Source: a virus
Taxonomy: Duplodnaviria; Heunggongvirae; Uroviricota; Caudoviricetes
DNA: 20,895 nt
Virus record (IMG/VR): IMGVR_UViG_2703718846_000002
Strand: one strand, 5' to 3'
Shown piece by piece: positions 1 through 8,590 of the stretch. Made by a program: the position numbers and the translations under genes. The stretch's first letter is position 1. Each line of letters opens with the position of its first letter. A model generated the notes under the pieces. It was not told the origin of the DNA, did not search any database, and worked only from the letters and a program-made list of their open reading frames with translations.

Positions 1-19
1 CTATTTGATAAATATTAAA

Positions 20-1315
20 TTAATTTTTCATTGCTTCGTTATGGGGCATGGTTGGGGCAAACTCGCTTAACTGTGTATTTAACAAAGCTACCTGTGCATT
101 ATTGTTTTCAGACATCCATTTTCCGTATACCTGAAATACCATTTGCGCATCTGCATGGCCCATCTGGTTTGCTATAAATGCCGGGTTAGCACCAGCTGTC
201 AGCGACCAGCAGGCATAAGTATGTCTCGACTGATATGATTTTCGATGGCGGAGTCCGGCACGTTTTATCGCTGCGTCCCACATCTGCCTTATTGAGTCAA
301 CGGTAAAATGGTCACCATAATTTTTTACTCTCGCTGACACTTCAGGTTGAAAAACAAAGGTGCATTTTTGTTTTTCTGTTCTGCCATACTCTCTGAGGTG
401 AACATCAATGATATGCTCTTTGCTCAGTCTCGTTAATGTCATCTGACTCCGGAGAGCGTCGATTGCTGGCTTAATAAGATGAATGACCCGATTGGTTCCC
501 GCCTGTGTTTTTGGTACCGTGAAACGGTCTTTTGCTAAATTTCTCCTGATCACCATTGTTCCATTTTTCAGATCTATGTCCTCCCATCCAAGTGCACACA
601 GCTCACCAGGGCGAACTCCAGTATAAACAGAAACACACCATAAATTTTTTGCTTGCTGATTTCTGCACGCATCGATAAGACGGATAAATTCTTCCCGCGA
701 AAGAGGATCCGGAATGGTTCTTGATTCCTTTAATGGCGAGATCCCCTTAAACGGATTATCTGCCAGGTAACCGTTATCAACACCAAACTGGAACACGGCG
801 TTAAGATTTGTCATGTAATTATTTACAGTTACAGCCGATCTCCCTGGTTGTGTAACAATATAGTTACTTTTGGGGATCTGGTATCCAGTCAGTAACTCTT
901 TACGAACCTCCAGTAATTTTTCTTTATTAATCGATGAGGCAAGATTTTTTTCACCGATTATGCTCAGGATATTTTTGATGACGGCACGGTATGTGTTGAG
1001 TGATGTTTTGGCGACTTCAGTTTCTTTCAGTGCCAGAAATTTTTCAGCCAGTTCTTTTATGGTTAAATCTTGTCGGGCCTCACCAAATTTTTCCAGATTG
1101 CGTGAGGAGGGAAACTGTTTTGCATAGTCGAAAACACCAGTTTTTATTGCGTAACAAACAGAGGAGCGTAGTTCACCTGCAACGCGCCTGTTTTTTGCTG
1201 TGTCAGGAACCCCCAGATTTTCCCTGACTCTTACGTCTTTATAAACAAACCAGATACGTAATTTCCCTCCATGGTTTTCCACGCCTGTCGGATATTTCAT
1301 TTCAACTTCTCTCAT
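20..1315 (-). CDS. Phage tyrosine integrase
   Basis: 431-aa ORF with a C-terminal tyrosine-recombinase pattern (SRHTYA ... MGHADAQMVFQVYGKW) and an SD-like AGAGAAG before the internal Met at 1300, which may be the true start. Lies next to an excisionase-like gene. Confidence 0.85.
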   Translation of the reverse strand: MREVEMKYPTGVENHGGKLRIWFVYKDVRVRENLGVPDTAKNRRVAGELRSSVCYAIKTGVFDYAKQFPSSRNLEKFGEARQDLTIKELAEKFLALKETEVAKTSLNTYRAVIKNILSIIGEKNLASSINKEKLLEVRKELLTGYQIPKSNYIVTQPGRSAVTVNNYMTNLNAVFQFGVDNGYLADNPFKGISPLKESRTIPDPLSREEFIRLIDACRNQQAKNLWCVSVYTGVRPGELCALGWEDIDLKNGTMVIRRNLAKDRFTVPKTQAGTNRVIHLIKPAIDALRSQMTLTRLSKEHIIDVHLREYGRTEKQKCTFVFQPEVSARVKNYGDHFTVDSIRQMWDAAIKRAGLRHRKSYQSRHTYACWSLTAGANPAFIANQMGHADAQMVFQVYGKWMSENNNAQVALLNTQLSEFAPTMPHNEAMKN

Positions 1316-1334
1316 TAGTTAGTGTGGCTTTTAG

Positions 1335-1586
1335 TCAAGTAAGATGACGTCTTGGTCTCGCTGATGCCTGGCGCTCAATCCAGCGATCAATTTCTTCCAG
1401 GTTGTAAAAGCATGGACTGTTATCCCATGGCATACCGTCATGAGCGACATGCTTATATTCCCTTCCTTCCATAAACGATTTTTCCCGGGCCTTTTTTAAC
1501 GTACCTTTTTTTATTCCTTTCAGCGCAATTAACTGCTCTTCGGATACCCATTTGCCGGGAGAGACAATCATGATTACTTCGCTCAT
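1335..1586 (-). CDS. Excisionase-like small DNA-binding protein
   Basis: 83-aa ORF immediately upstream of int on the same strand. Contains an EGREYKH segment resembling the lambda Xis DGREYLFH region. Confidence 0.55.
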   Translation of the reverse strand: MSEVIMIVSPGKWVSEEQLIALKGIKKGTLKKAREKSFMEGREYKHVAHDGMPWDNSPCFYNLEEIDRWIERQASARPRRHLT

Positions 1587-1658
1587 CGATTTCTTTATCT
1601 CTTACATCAGACGAGCGCCGGTTGCAGAATACCAGTCACAACCGGCGACAGTTGAACA

Positions 1659-2387
1659 TTAAGAATCAGCCTGACTCGGGATCAGTTTTTGCCAGATAAC
1701 TGAAACGTATTTTGCCTGGTAACGGGCGTCATCAAGTGCATTATGGCGCTCACCTTCGAATGGAATAGCCGTTCTGGCATCGAAGTCTATGGCTTTCCCC
1801 AGCTCAACGATTGTGCGTACATCGCGATCGTTGTAGTAACGCCACGGGCAGGGGATCCCCTGCCGTTCGTATGAACGGCGCAAAATCGTGTTGTCGAAGT
1901 TGGCTCCATTTCCCCAAACCTGAACAAAAAATTCACCGGAGTTTTCGTCGATAAATTCTCGCAATTGTAACAGTGCATCATCTAACGGGATTTCATCGGT
2001 CATAATGGCAGATTGCGCTTCGCGTGATTGCTTAAGCCACCATTTAATGGTGTCCCGATCAATGACTCCGCCAGCAGTTTCCAGATCGATAGTCTTACTA
2101 AATTCCGGTCCCATATCTCCGGTTTGCGGATCGAAAAATATTGCACCTATTGAGATGATCGGGGCATCAGGATTTTTTCCCATGGTTTCAAGGTCGATCA
2201 TTAGATGGTCACACGTCCTGCTGGTGGATGTGATTTCGTGATGACCGTTCACCTTAATTGGGTGATCTGCCGTCTCGCCAGTTTCATTATCGCTATTGTG
2301 ATGCTGATTGCCGCCAGTGTTCTCCTTGTGTGGATGTTCAGCGCCTTCCATTTCCTCCGGATCATCTTCCTGAACTTCAACCTTCAC
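1659..2387 (-). CDS. DEDDh (DnaQ-like) 3'-5' exonuclease; conserved core probably starts at the internal Met near 2201
   Basis: Exo motifs can be read directly: MIDLETMG (D-x-E), VWGNGANFD, HNALDDA. The first 62 codons of the ORF are His- and acidic-rich and overlap the opposite-strand transposase frame, so they may be an artefactual extension. Confidence 0.8.
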   Translation of the reverse strand: MKVEVQEDDPEEMEGAEHPHKENTGGNQHHNSDNETGETADHPIKVNGHHEITSTSRTCDHLMIDLETMGKNPDAPIISIGAIFFDPQTGDMGPEFSKTIDLETAGGVIDRDTIKWWLKQSREAQSAIMTDEIPLDDALLQLREFIDENSGEFFVQVWGNGANFDNTILRRSYERQGIPCPWRYYNDRDVRTIVELGKAIDFDARTAIPFEGERHNALDDARYQAKYVSVIWQKLIPSQADS

Positions 2388-3484
2388 TCCTCAAAGGCCG
2401 TTACGCTGATTTTGGACCTACGTTTGCGTGCGAAAAATTGCGCGAGATACACGGTTTATCTTTATCCGTTGAAACTCTCAGAAAGTGGATGATAGAAGAG
2501 GGGTTATGGCGTGAACGCCGTCGTAAAATTGCCCGTATATATCAACGCCGCATGCGACGACCATCTTACGGTGAACTGATCCAGATTGATGGCTCACCTC
2601 ATGACTGGTTTGAAAATCGAGGCCCCAGATGTACACTGATCGTTTTCATTGATGATGCCACCAGTGCGTTGATGGCGTTGCGTTTTGTGCCTGCTGAAAC
2701 AACCCGGGCTTACATGGAAACCCTCCGGGGTTACCTTAATGATCATGGCGTACCGCTCGCTCTCTACTCTGATAGACACAGTATATTCAGGGTAAATAAC
2801 CCAGAGCGGGAAGGTGAGCTGACCCAGTTCACTCGTGCGATAAAGACACTGGGCATCGAGCCAATCCATGCCAACAGCCCGCAGGCAAAAGGGCGGGTAG
2901 AGCGCGCCAATCAGACACTACAGGACAGGCTGGTCAAAGAAATGCGGCTTCAGAATATCAGTGATATTGAAACAGCAAATGCATGGTTGCCGACCTTTAT
3001 TGAAGCCTATAACAACCGGTTCGCTACGTCGCCTCGTACTACTGATAATGCTCATCTTGATGTGCACCATTCTGAAGAGGAACTGGGTTATATCTTCAGC
3101 CTACAGGCGAAGCGCGTTCTGTCTAAAAATCTCACTTTCCAGTACAAAAGCAGTGCGTTTCAGGTACGCAGTGAGGGCCGGGGATATCGACTTAGGCATT
3201 CGGTTGTTACTGTATGCGAGAACTTTGACGGTGAAATTAACGTTCTGTATGACGGGAAAGCGCTGGGCTGGGAAAAGTATGTTGATGGCCCGGAGCCTAT
3301 ACCACTGGATGATGAAAAGAGTGTCCATGAACGAGTGGATAATGCCCGTATTGATTTACGCTCAAAATACTATGTTAAACCTAAAGCTGACCATCCCTGG
3401 CTTACGCGCCGAACGCAAAGTCATCAGCAAGTTAAGCCCCCGAAGTTACCTAAAAAGAAGCCTGATCCCGATAAAAAAGATTGA
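2258..3484 (+). CDS. DDE-superfamily transposase/integrase-core protein, probably a 5'-truncated IS remnant (IS481/ISNCY-like)
   Basis: DDE triad context IQIDGS ... YSDRHS ... SPQAKGRVERANQTLQDRL (E-x-x-N-x-T-L signature). The N-terminal part of the ORF is an out-of-frame read across the exonuclease upstream region, so the real N-terminus with its HTH seems to be missing. No terminal inverted repeats were identified. Confidence 0.55.
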   Translation: MGDLPSRQFHYRYCDADCRQCSPCVDVQRLPFPPDHLPELQPSLLKGRYADFGPTFACEKLREIHGLSLSVETLRKWMIEEGLWRERRRKIARIYQRRMRRPSYGELIQIDGSPHDWFENRGPRCTLIVFIDDATSALMALRFVPAETTRAYMETLRGYLNDHGVPLALYSDRHSIFRVNNPEREGELTQFTRAIKTLGIEPIHANSPQAKGRVERANQTLQDRLVKEMRLQNISDIETANAWLPTFIEAYNNRFATSPRTTDNAHLDVHHSEEELGYIFSLQAKRVLSKNLTFQYKSSAFQVRSEGRGYRLRHSVVTVCENFDGEINVLYDGKALGWEKYVDGPEPIPLDDEKSVHERVDNARIDLRSKYYVKPKADHPWLTRRTQSHQQVKPPKLPKKKPDPDKKD

Positions 3485-3920
3485 AACCAAGATCGATTCG
3501 GTTGAGTGCATATCCATTCATAGGGTAGATTCTTAAGTCGCGTTTCTGGTGTTCATTTTCGGGTGGTTTGTTACTTGTTTTACCGGGGATATGCCAGAAA
3601 CGCGCTGAGTCAGTCTGGGCGGTGCGCGTAATGAGGCGTTATGGTAAATAGCCTATGCTAATGTCCGCTAAGAGCAAGAAGCGGAAGTTGGCAGTTTTGT
3701 GGACTGTCCCCACAAAAGTGACTACAGAAATAGTTGCAATTCATAATTGATCATGGGTTGTCAGTTAAACTCGTGGCGATTTAAATAGACTAATTGGGAG
3801 TGCGTCCATTACTTATATCTTGTAATGTTAACTATCAGAAATGATACAAAGATAATATGTCTTTAAAGAAAAGGCTGATGGCGAAAAGTGGCCCGATGAG
3901 GGCCACAATACGGCTGTCAC

Positions 3921-4253
3921 TTAGACGTAAATATCAATGGTGCCAGCGGTATTTGTATCGTCTTTTTTCTCTTCTTTTTTATCAGGCTGAACTGTCGCGT
4001 CTTCATTCTTTTTCTCTGCCTGCTGCCTTAACAACTGCTCCAGTTGAGCCCAGAGGCTTTCAATTTGCTTCTGTACCAATGCAGCCATTTCTTTTTTCTG
4101 CTGTGTCGTCATCCCCTCTTCCGATGAGATTTTCCCAAGCTTTTCAGTCAGCACCTGAATTTGTCTTGTGATTTTGGCTATTTCTGATGTTCCTTCCGGG
4201 GCGGAGTTGTTTGAAATAACGGTTGAGGTATTTCCCTGAATTGTGACAGACAT
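3921..4253 (-). CDS. flxA: FlxA (flagellar-regulon protein of the Qin prophage)
   Basis: 110-aa ORF (MSVTIQGNTSTVISNNSAPEGTSEIAKITRQIQVLTEKL...) recognised as FlxA; preceded by a sigma-28-type promoter. Confidence 0.8.
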   Translation of the reverse strand: MSVTIQGNTSTVISNNSAPEGTSEIAKITRQIQVLTEKLGKISSEEGMTTQQKKEMAALVQKQIESLWAQLEQLLRQQAEKKNEDATVQPDKKEEKKDDTNTAGTIDIYV

Positions 4254-4276
4254 AGATTTCTCCTTTTAAAAAAGCA

Positions 4277-4303
4277 CTATCGGCATGCACAAAAAAATCT
4301 TTA
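4277..4303 (-). promoter_or_regulatory. Sigma-28 (FliA) promoter for flxA
   Basis: Minus strand reads TAAAGATT - 11 nt - GCCGATAG against the consensus TAAAGTTT-N11-GCCGATAA, about 24 nt upstream of the flxA ATG, with AAAGGAGAAAT as SD. Confidence 0.6.
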
Positions 4304-4455
4304 ATCGTATTTCTTGTGTCATTAATTGTTTGATGTTCAGATTGTTTTCCTCGCGGGCTGGCGCGCCTCAGAAAGTAAAGCTTGTTGACAGGGGTAAACG
4401 TTCGGCAATAATTTTCTGCCGCATGCGGGTGTTGCATAAAACGTGTTACGTTCCT

Positions 4456-4761
4456 TTATCGACAGGTCAGGTCACCGCTCACCCGCCGACGAGAAAGCAA
4501 CACTGACATGCTAAAGCAAAAAATAGATGAATAAGTTGAGTTGTGCATATGTAGCCTGACCGTCACAAAGTATATGGTGTCTGTACCAGTAAGATGATGG
4601 CCGGACTCTTTAAAAACGAGCTGACCTGCACAATACAGGATGGACTTAGCAATGGCTGCTCCTGGCACAAAGCGGACAGTGATCACCGTTCTTACGACTA
4701 CTTTCTGACTTCCTTCGTGACTTGCCCTAAGCATGTTGTAGTGCGATACTTGTAATGACAT
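4456..4761 (-). CDS. ydfV: Hypothetical protein (ydfV-like by position and length)
   Basis: 101-aa ORF between flxA and relB. Composition is unconvincing and its start codon lies inside the relBE operator region. Confidence 0.3.
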   Translation of the reverse strand: MSLQVSHYNMLRASHEGSQKVVVRTVITVRFVPGAAIAKSILYCAGQLVFKESGHHLTGTDTIYFVTVRLHMHNSTYSSIFCFSMSVLLSRRRVSGDLTCR

Positions 4762-4785
4762 TTGTAATTACAAGAGGTGTAAGAC
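4745..4785 (+). promoter_or_regulatory. relBE promoter/operator (relO-like inverted TTGTAAT/ATTACAA repeats)
   Basis: Sequence CTTGTAATGACATTTGTAATTACAAGAGG lies immediately upstream of relB. Confidence 0.55.
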
Positions 4786-5025
4786 ATGGGTAGCATTAAC
4801 CTGCGTATTGACGATGAACTTAAAGCGCGTTCTTACGCCGCGCTTGAAAAAATGGGTGTAACTCCTTCTGAAGCGCTTCGTCTCATGCTCGAGTATATCG
4901 CTGACAATGAACGCTTGCCGTTCAAACAGACACTCCTGAGTGATGAAGATGCTGAACTTGTGGAGATAGTGAAAGAACGGCTTCGTAATCCTAAGCCAGT
5001 ACGTGTGACGCTGGATGAACTCTGA
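4786..5025 (+). CDS. relB: RelB antitoxin
   Basis: 79-aa ORF MGSINLRIDDELKARSYA...PKPVRVTLDEL, near-identical to recalled K-12 RelB; its stop overlaps the relE start (ATGA). Confidence 0.95.
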   Translation: MGSINLRIDDELKARSYAALEKMGVTPSEALRLMLEYIADNERLPFKQTLLSDEDAELVEIVKERLRNPKPVRVTLDEL

Positions 5026-5312
5026 TGGCGTATTTTCTGGATTTTGACGAGCGGGCACTAAAGGAATGGCGAAAGCTGGGCTCGACGGTACGTGAACAGT
5101 TGAAAAAGAAGCTGGTTGAAGTACTTGAGTCACCCCGGATTGAAGCAAACAAGCTCCGTGGTATGCCTGATTGTTACAAGATTAAGCTCCGGTCTTCAGG
5201 CTATCGCCTTGTATACCAGGTTATAGACGAGAAAGTTGTCGTTTTCGTGATTTCTGTTGGGAAAAGAGAACGCTCGGAAGTATATAGCGAGGCGGTCAAA
5301 CGCATTCTCTGA
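5025..5312 (+). CDS. relE: RelE mRNA-interferase toxin
   Basis: 95-aa ORF MAYFLDFDERALKEWRKLGSTVREQLKKKL... matching recalled RelE; translationally coupled to relB. Confidence 0.95.
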   Translation: MAYFLDFDERALKEWRKLGSTVREQLKKKLVEVLESPRIEANKLRGMPDCYKIKLRSSGYRLVYQVIDEKVVVFVISVGKRERSEVYSEAVKRIL

Positions 5313-5383
5313 ACCAAAGCATGACATCTCTGTTTCGCACCGAAGGTGACACTTCTGCTTTGCGTTGACAGGAGAAGCAGGCT

Positions 5384-5539
5384 ATGAAGCAGCAAAAGGC
5401 GATGTTAATCGCCCTGATCGTCATCTGTTTAACCGTCATAGTGACGGCACTGGTAACGAGGAAAGACCTCTGCGAGGTACGAATCCGAACCGGCCAGACG
5501 GAGGTCGCTGTCTTCACAGCTTACGAACCTGAGGAGTAA
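5384..5539 (+). CDS. hokD: Hok-family type I toxin (HokD/RelF)
   Basis: 51-codon ORF below the ORF-track size cutoff, translated by hand: MKQQKAMLIALIVICLTVIVTALVTRKDLCEVRIRTGQTEVAVFTAYEPEE. Single transmembrane helix. Confidence 0.8.
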   Translation: MKQQKAMLIALIVICLTVIVTALVTRKDLCEVRIRTGQTEVAVFTAYEPEE

Positions 5540-5607
5540 GAGACCCGGCGGGGGAGAAATCCCTCGCCACCTCTGATGTGGCAGGCATCCTCAACGCACC
5601 CGCACTT

Positions 5608-5634
5608 AACCCGCTTCGGCGGGTTTTTGTTTTT
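5608..5634 (+). terminator. Rho-independent terminator after hokD
   Basis: AACCCGC-TTCG-GCGGGTT hairpin followed by TTTTTGTTTTT. Confidence 0.6.
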
Positions 5635-5755
5635 ATTTTCAACGCGTTTGAAGTTCTGGACGGTGCCGGAATAGAATCAAAAATACTTAAGTAGCGCGCA
5701 GGGATAAGAGGGATGGTCCCTTAAAGGGGAGAGCTAATTATCCGGAAGGATTCTG

Positions 5756-6007
5756 ATGATGAACATCGAAGAACTGCGTAAAATTTTTTGTGAAGATGGC
5801 CTCTATGCTGTGTGCGTTGAAAATGGAAATCTTGTTAGTCATTACCGCATTATGTGTTTGCGAAAGAATGGGGCTGCGTTAATTAATTTTGTGGATGCTC
5901 GGGTCACGGACGGATTTATCTTGCGCGAAGGTGAGTTTGTCACTTCATTACAGGCATTGAAAGAGATCGGAATAAAAGCTGGCTTTTCTGCTTTTTCAGG
6001 AGAATAA
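5756..6007 (+). CDS. rem: Rem (Qin prophage small protein)
   Basis: 83-aa ORF MMNIEELRKIFCEDGLYAVCVENG... at the position of rem between hokD and ydfU. Confidence 0.65.
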   Translation: MMNIEELRKIFCEDGLYAVCVENGNLVSHYRIMCLRKNGAALINFVDARVTDGFILREGEFVTSLQALKEIGIKAGFSAFSGE

Positions 6008-6073
6008 ACTCATCTACAATCTTGCGCGGGGCTGAACTCCCGCTGAGTAACACCGTGCCACCGGAGAAAACCG

Positions 6074-6352
6074 ATGGCACGCAACGCAAAATATTACAAT
6101 TCTGATAATTCGCCCGTTCTTGCCTGCACGCACGGGCGGTATTCTCACGCATTCAAGTCTGAATGGTTCCAGCACCCTCCATGCACTGCAGAACAGGCCG
6201 AATGGCTGATTCATTCTTACCGCAGGCGCGGGTTCGAGGTTAAGAAAGCTCTCAGTCTCGACTATCGGCACTGGATAATCTCTGTCAGGCTGCCTTATTC
6301 CGAACGCCCACCACGTGCGTCCCGCACTTTCCAGCAACGGATCTGGAGGTAA
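6074..6352 (+). CDS. Hypothetical protein, translationally coupled to ydfU
   Basis: 92-aa ORF with a GGAGA SD 6 nt upstream. Its TAA stop is followed one base later by the GTG start of ydfU, with GGAGG inside its last codons. Confidence 0.4.
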   Translation: MARNAKYYNSDNSPVLACTHGRYSHAFKSEWFQHPPCTAEQAEWLIHSYRRRGFEVKKALSLDYRHWIISVRLPYSERPPRASRTFQQRIWR

Positions 6353-6353
6353 C

Positions 6354-7403
6354 GTGCGGGTATTACTTAGACCTGTTCTGGTGCCTGAGCTTGGGCTGGT
6401 GGTCCTTAAGCCGGGCCGTGAATCCATACAGATATTTCATAATCCTCGAGTGCTGGTGGAACCGGAACCAAAAAGCATGCGTAATCTGCCATCCGGAGTC
6501 GTTCCTGCCGTTCGCCAGCCGCTGGCGGAAGACAAAACATTGCTGCCGTTTTTTAGTAACGAACGGGTGATTCGTGCTGCTGGCGGCGTTGGCGCATTGT
6601 CCGACTGGCTATTACGTCATGTTACATCCTGCCAGTGGCCTAATGGCGATTACCATCACACTGAAACAGTCATTCACCGTTATGGTACCGGCGCAATGGT
6701 GTTGTGCTGGCACTGCGACAACCAACTGCGTGACCAGACATCGGAATCACTGGAGCTGCTTGCTCAACAAAATCTGACAGCATGGGTGATTGACGTCATC
6801 CGTCACGCAATAAGCGGTACGCAGGAGCGGGAATTATCTTTGGCTGAATTATCCTGGTGGGCGGTCTGCAATCAGGTGGTGGATGCACTACCTGAGGCTG
6901 TATCGCGTCGTTCGCTGGGATTACCAGCGGAAAAAATCTGCTCGGTGTACCGCGAAAGCGACATCGTACCGGGAGAGCAGACCGCCACCAGCATATTGAA
7001 ACAACGCACAAAAAATCTTGCACCGTTGCCTTACGCCCACCAGCAACAAAAATCACCACAGGAAAAGACGGTGGTAAGCATCACCGTTGATCCAGAGTCT
7101 CCGGAATCTTTCATGAAGCTGCCTAAACGTCGCCGCTGGGTTAAGGAGAAATACACACGTTGGGTTAAGACACAGCCGTGTGCTTGCTGCGGTATGCCAG
7201 CCGACGATCCGCATCATCTGATTGGTCACGGGCAGGGCGGAATGGGAACAAAAGCACATGATCTCTTTGTGTTGCCTTTGTGCAGAAAGCATCACAACGA
7301 GCTGCACACGGATACAGTGGCATTTGAAGATAAGTATGGCTCTCAACTGGAGCTGATATTTCGTTTTATCGATCGCGCGCTGGCAATTGGCGTACTGGCG
7401 TAA
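6354..7403 (+). CDS. ydfU: YdfU-like protein with a C-terminal HNH nuclease motif
   Basis: 349 codons from the GTG at 6354 (the ORF track extends to 6315). C-terminus reads CACCGMPADDPHHLIGHGQGGMGTKAHDLFVLPLCRKHHNELH (CxxC ... DxHH ... GG ... CxxH-H-N ... H). Confidence 0.7.
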   Translation: MRVLLRPVLVPELGLVVLKPGRESIQIFHNPRVLVEPEPKSMRNLPSGVVPAVRQPLAEDKTLLPFFSNERVIRAAGGVGALSDWLLRHVTSCQWPNGDYHHTETVIHRYGTGAMVLCWHCDNQLRDQTSESLELLAQQNLTAWVIDVIRHAISGTQERELSLAELSWWAVCNQVVDALPEAVSRRSLGLPAEKICSVYRESDIVPGEQTATSILKQRTKNLAPLPYAHQQQKSPQEKTVVSITVDPESPESFMKLPKRRRWVKEKYTRWVKTQPCACCGMPADDPHHLIGHGQGGMGTKAHDLFVLPLCRKHHNELHTDTVAFEDKYGSQLELIFRFIDRALAIGVLA

Positions 7404-7416
7404 GTGGAGAACGAGC

Positions 7417-8169
7417 ATGAACCTTGAAGCCTTACCAAAATATTACTCCCCAAAATCTCCAAAATTGAGCGATGACGCTCCAGCGACAGGCACCGGTTGT
7501 TTAACAATTACGGATGTAATGGCAGCGCAGGGGATGGTGCAGTCGAAAGCACCACTTGGGTTGGCCTTATTTCTGGCAAAAGTTGGTGTTCAGGACCCTC
7601 AGTTTGCGATTGAAGGCCTGCTAAATTACGCGATGGCACTGGATAACCCGACATTGAACAAATTGAGTGAAGAAATCCGGTTACAGATTATTCCTTACCT
7701 CGTGAGTTTTGCCTTTGCTGATTACTCCAGGTCTGCGGCAAGTAAGGCTCGCTGTGAGCATTGTTCAGGTACGGGATTTTATAATGTATTGCGCGAAGTG
7801 GTGAAACACTACAGACGCGGGGAATCTGTAATCAAGGAAGAATGGGTGAAGGAACTATGTCAGCATTGCCATGGTAAGGGCGAAGCCAGCACAGCGTGCA
7901 GAGGGTGTAAGGGTAAAGGGATTGTTCTGGATGAAAAAAGAACCCGGTTTCATGGCGTACCGGTATATAAGATTTGTGGGCGTTGTAATGGAAACCGGTT
8001 TAGTCGTTTACCGACCACGCTGGCACGACGTCATGTCCAGAAGCTGGTACCAGACCTGACCGATTATCAGTGGTATAAGGGGTATGCGGACGTCATTGGT
8101 AAACTGGTAACAAAGTGCTGGCAGGAAGAAGCATACGCGGAAGCGCAATTGAGGAAGGTGACGAGATAA
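7417..8169 (+). CDS. quuQ: Late-gene antiterminator Q (phage 82/21-type)
   Basis: 250 codons from the ATG at 7417, with a GGAGA SD. Several CxxC motifs (CEHCSGTG, CQHCHGKG, CRGCKGKG, CGRCNGN). Sits immediately before a promoter and hairpin like lambda pR'/tR'. Confidence 0.8.
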   Translation: MNLEALPKYYSPKSPKLSDDAPATGTGCLTITDVMAAQGMVQSKAPLGLALFLAKVGVQDPQFAIEGLLNYAMALDNPTLNKLSEEIRLQIIPYLVSFAFADYSRSAASKARCEHCSGTGFYNVLREVVKHYRRGESVIKEEWVKELCQHCHGKGEASTACRGCKGKGIVLDEKRTRFHGVPVYKICGRCNGNRFSRLPTTLARRHVQKLVPDLTDYQWYKGYADVIGKLVTKCWQEEAYAEAQLRKVTR

Positions 8170-8200
8170 ATGATTTTTGCTGAAGATGGCGACATGATGT

Positions 8201-8229
8201 TTGCATTTTTCAAAAAATATGGATAAAAT
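8201..8229 (+). promoter_or_regulatory. Sigma-70 promoter downstream of Q (pR'-like late promoter)
   Basis: TTGCAT - 17 nt - TAAAAT, about 30 nt after the quuQ stop. Confidence 0.5.
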
Positions 8230-8274
8230 TTTTTCAACGATGGGCTTTGTATACCCGACGTTAAGAAAAAGTAG

Positions 8275-8298
8275 AAAACCCGCTGATGAGCGGGTTTT
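8275..8298 (+). terminator. Intrinsic terminator (tR'-like)
   Basis: AAAACCCGC-TGATGA-GCGGGTTTT hairpin with a T-run, about 45 nt downstream of the pR'-like -10. Confidence 0.6.
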
Positions 8299-8590
8299 GT
8301 GCTTTAAATGGGGCAATGGTAATGTTGAATCTCATCCCGGGACTCATGTCTGTTAACTTATTATTTAGCTGGTGACTTGGTTATTTGCCTGATGTTTAAA
8401 ATGTTTTCTTCCAGTACAATGTCCCTAAACACAATGAGTCTGCTTATTATATTATTAGCAGAGCTATTACGGCCAAAGTACAGCATAAGCTTTTAAAGCC
8501 AATCAACCAGTCATCAAGACAGACGGGGTTATTCATAAAAACTCTCCATGTGTGATCCGATGGGGCCTGAAATTAAAGCTTTAATATAGC

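Noticed and set aside
870-1227. Two plus-strand ORFs (85 and 75 aa) inside the integrase gene
   Set aside because: Fully antisense to a well-supported integrase ORF, low-complexity composition, no RBS; treated as shadow ORFs.
2961-3536. 191-aa plus-strand ORF in an alternative frame within the transposase gene
   Set aside because: Out of frame with the DDE-motif reading frame, which carries the recognisable catalytic residues.
3485-3920. Looked for a dicF-like small RNA or an integrase fragment between the IS remnant and flxA
   Set aside because: No recognisable DicF sequence and no convincing integrase C-terminal motif in any frame; the region stays unassigned.
4768-5148. 126-aa minus-strand ORF overlapping relB and relE
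   Set aside because: Antisense to two high-confidence toxin-antitoxin genes; no independent support.
6014-6427. 137-aa minus-strand ORF spanning the 92-aa ORF and ydfU start
   Set aside because: Pro/Arg/Gly-rich reverse-frame translation of plus-strand coding sequence; the plus-strand genes have SDs and translational coupling.
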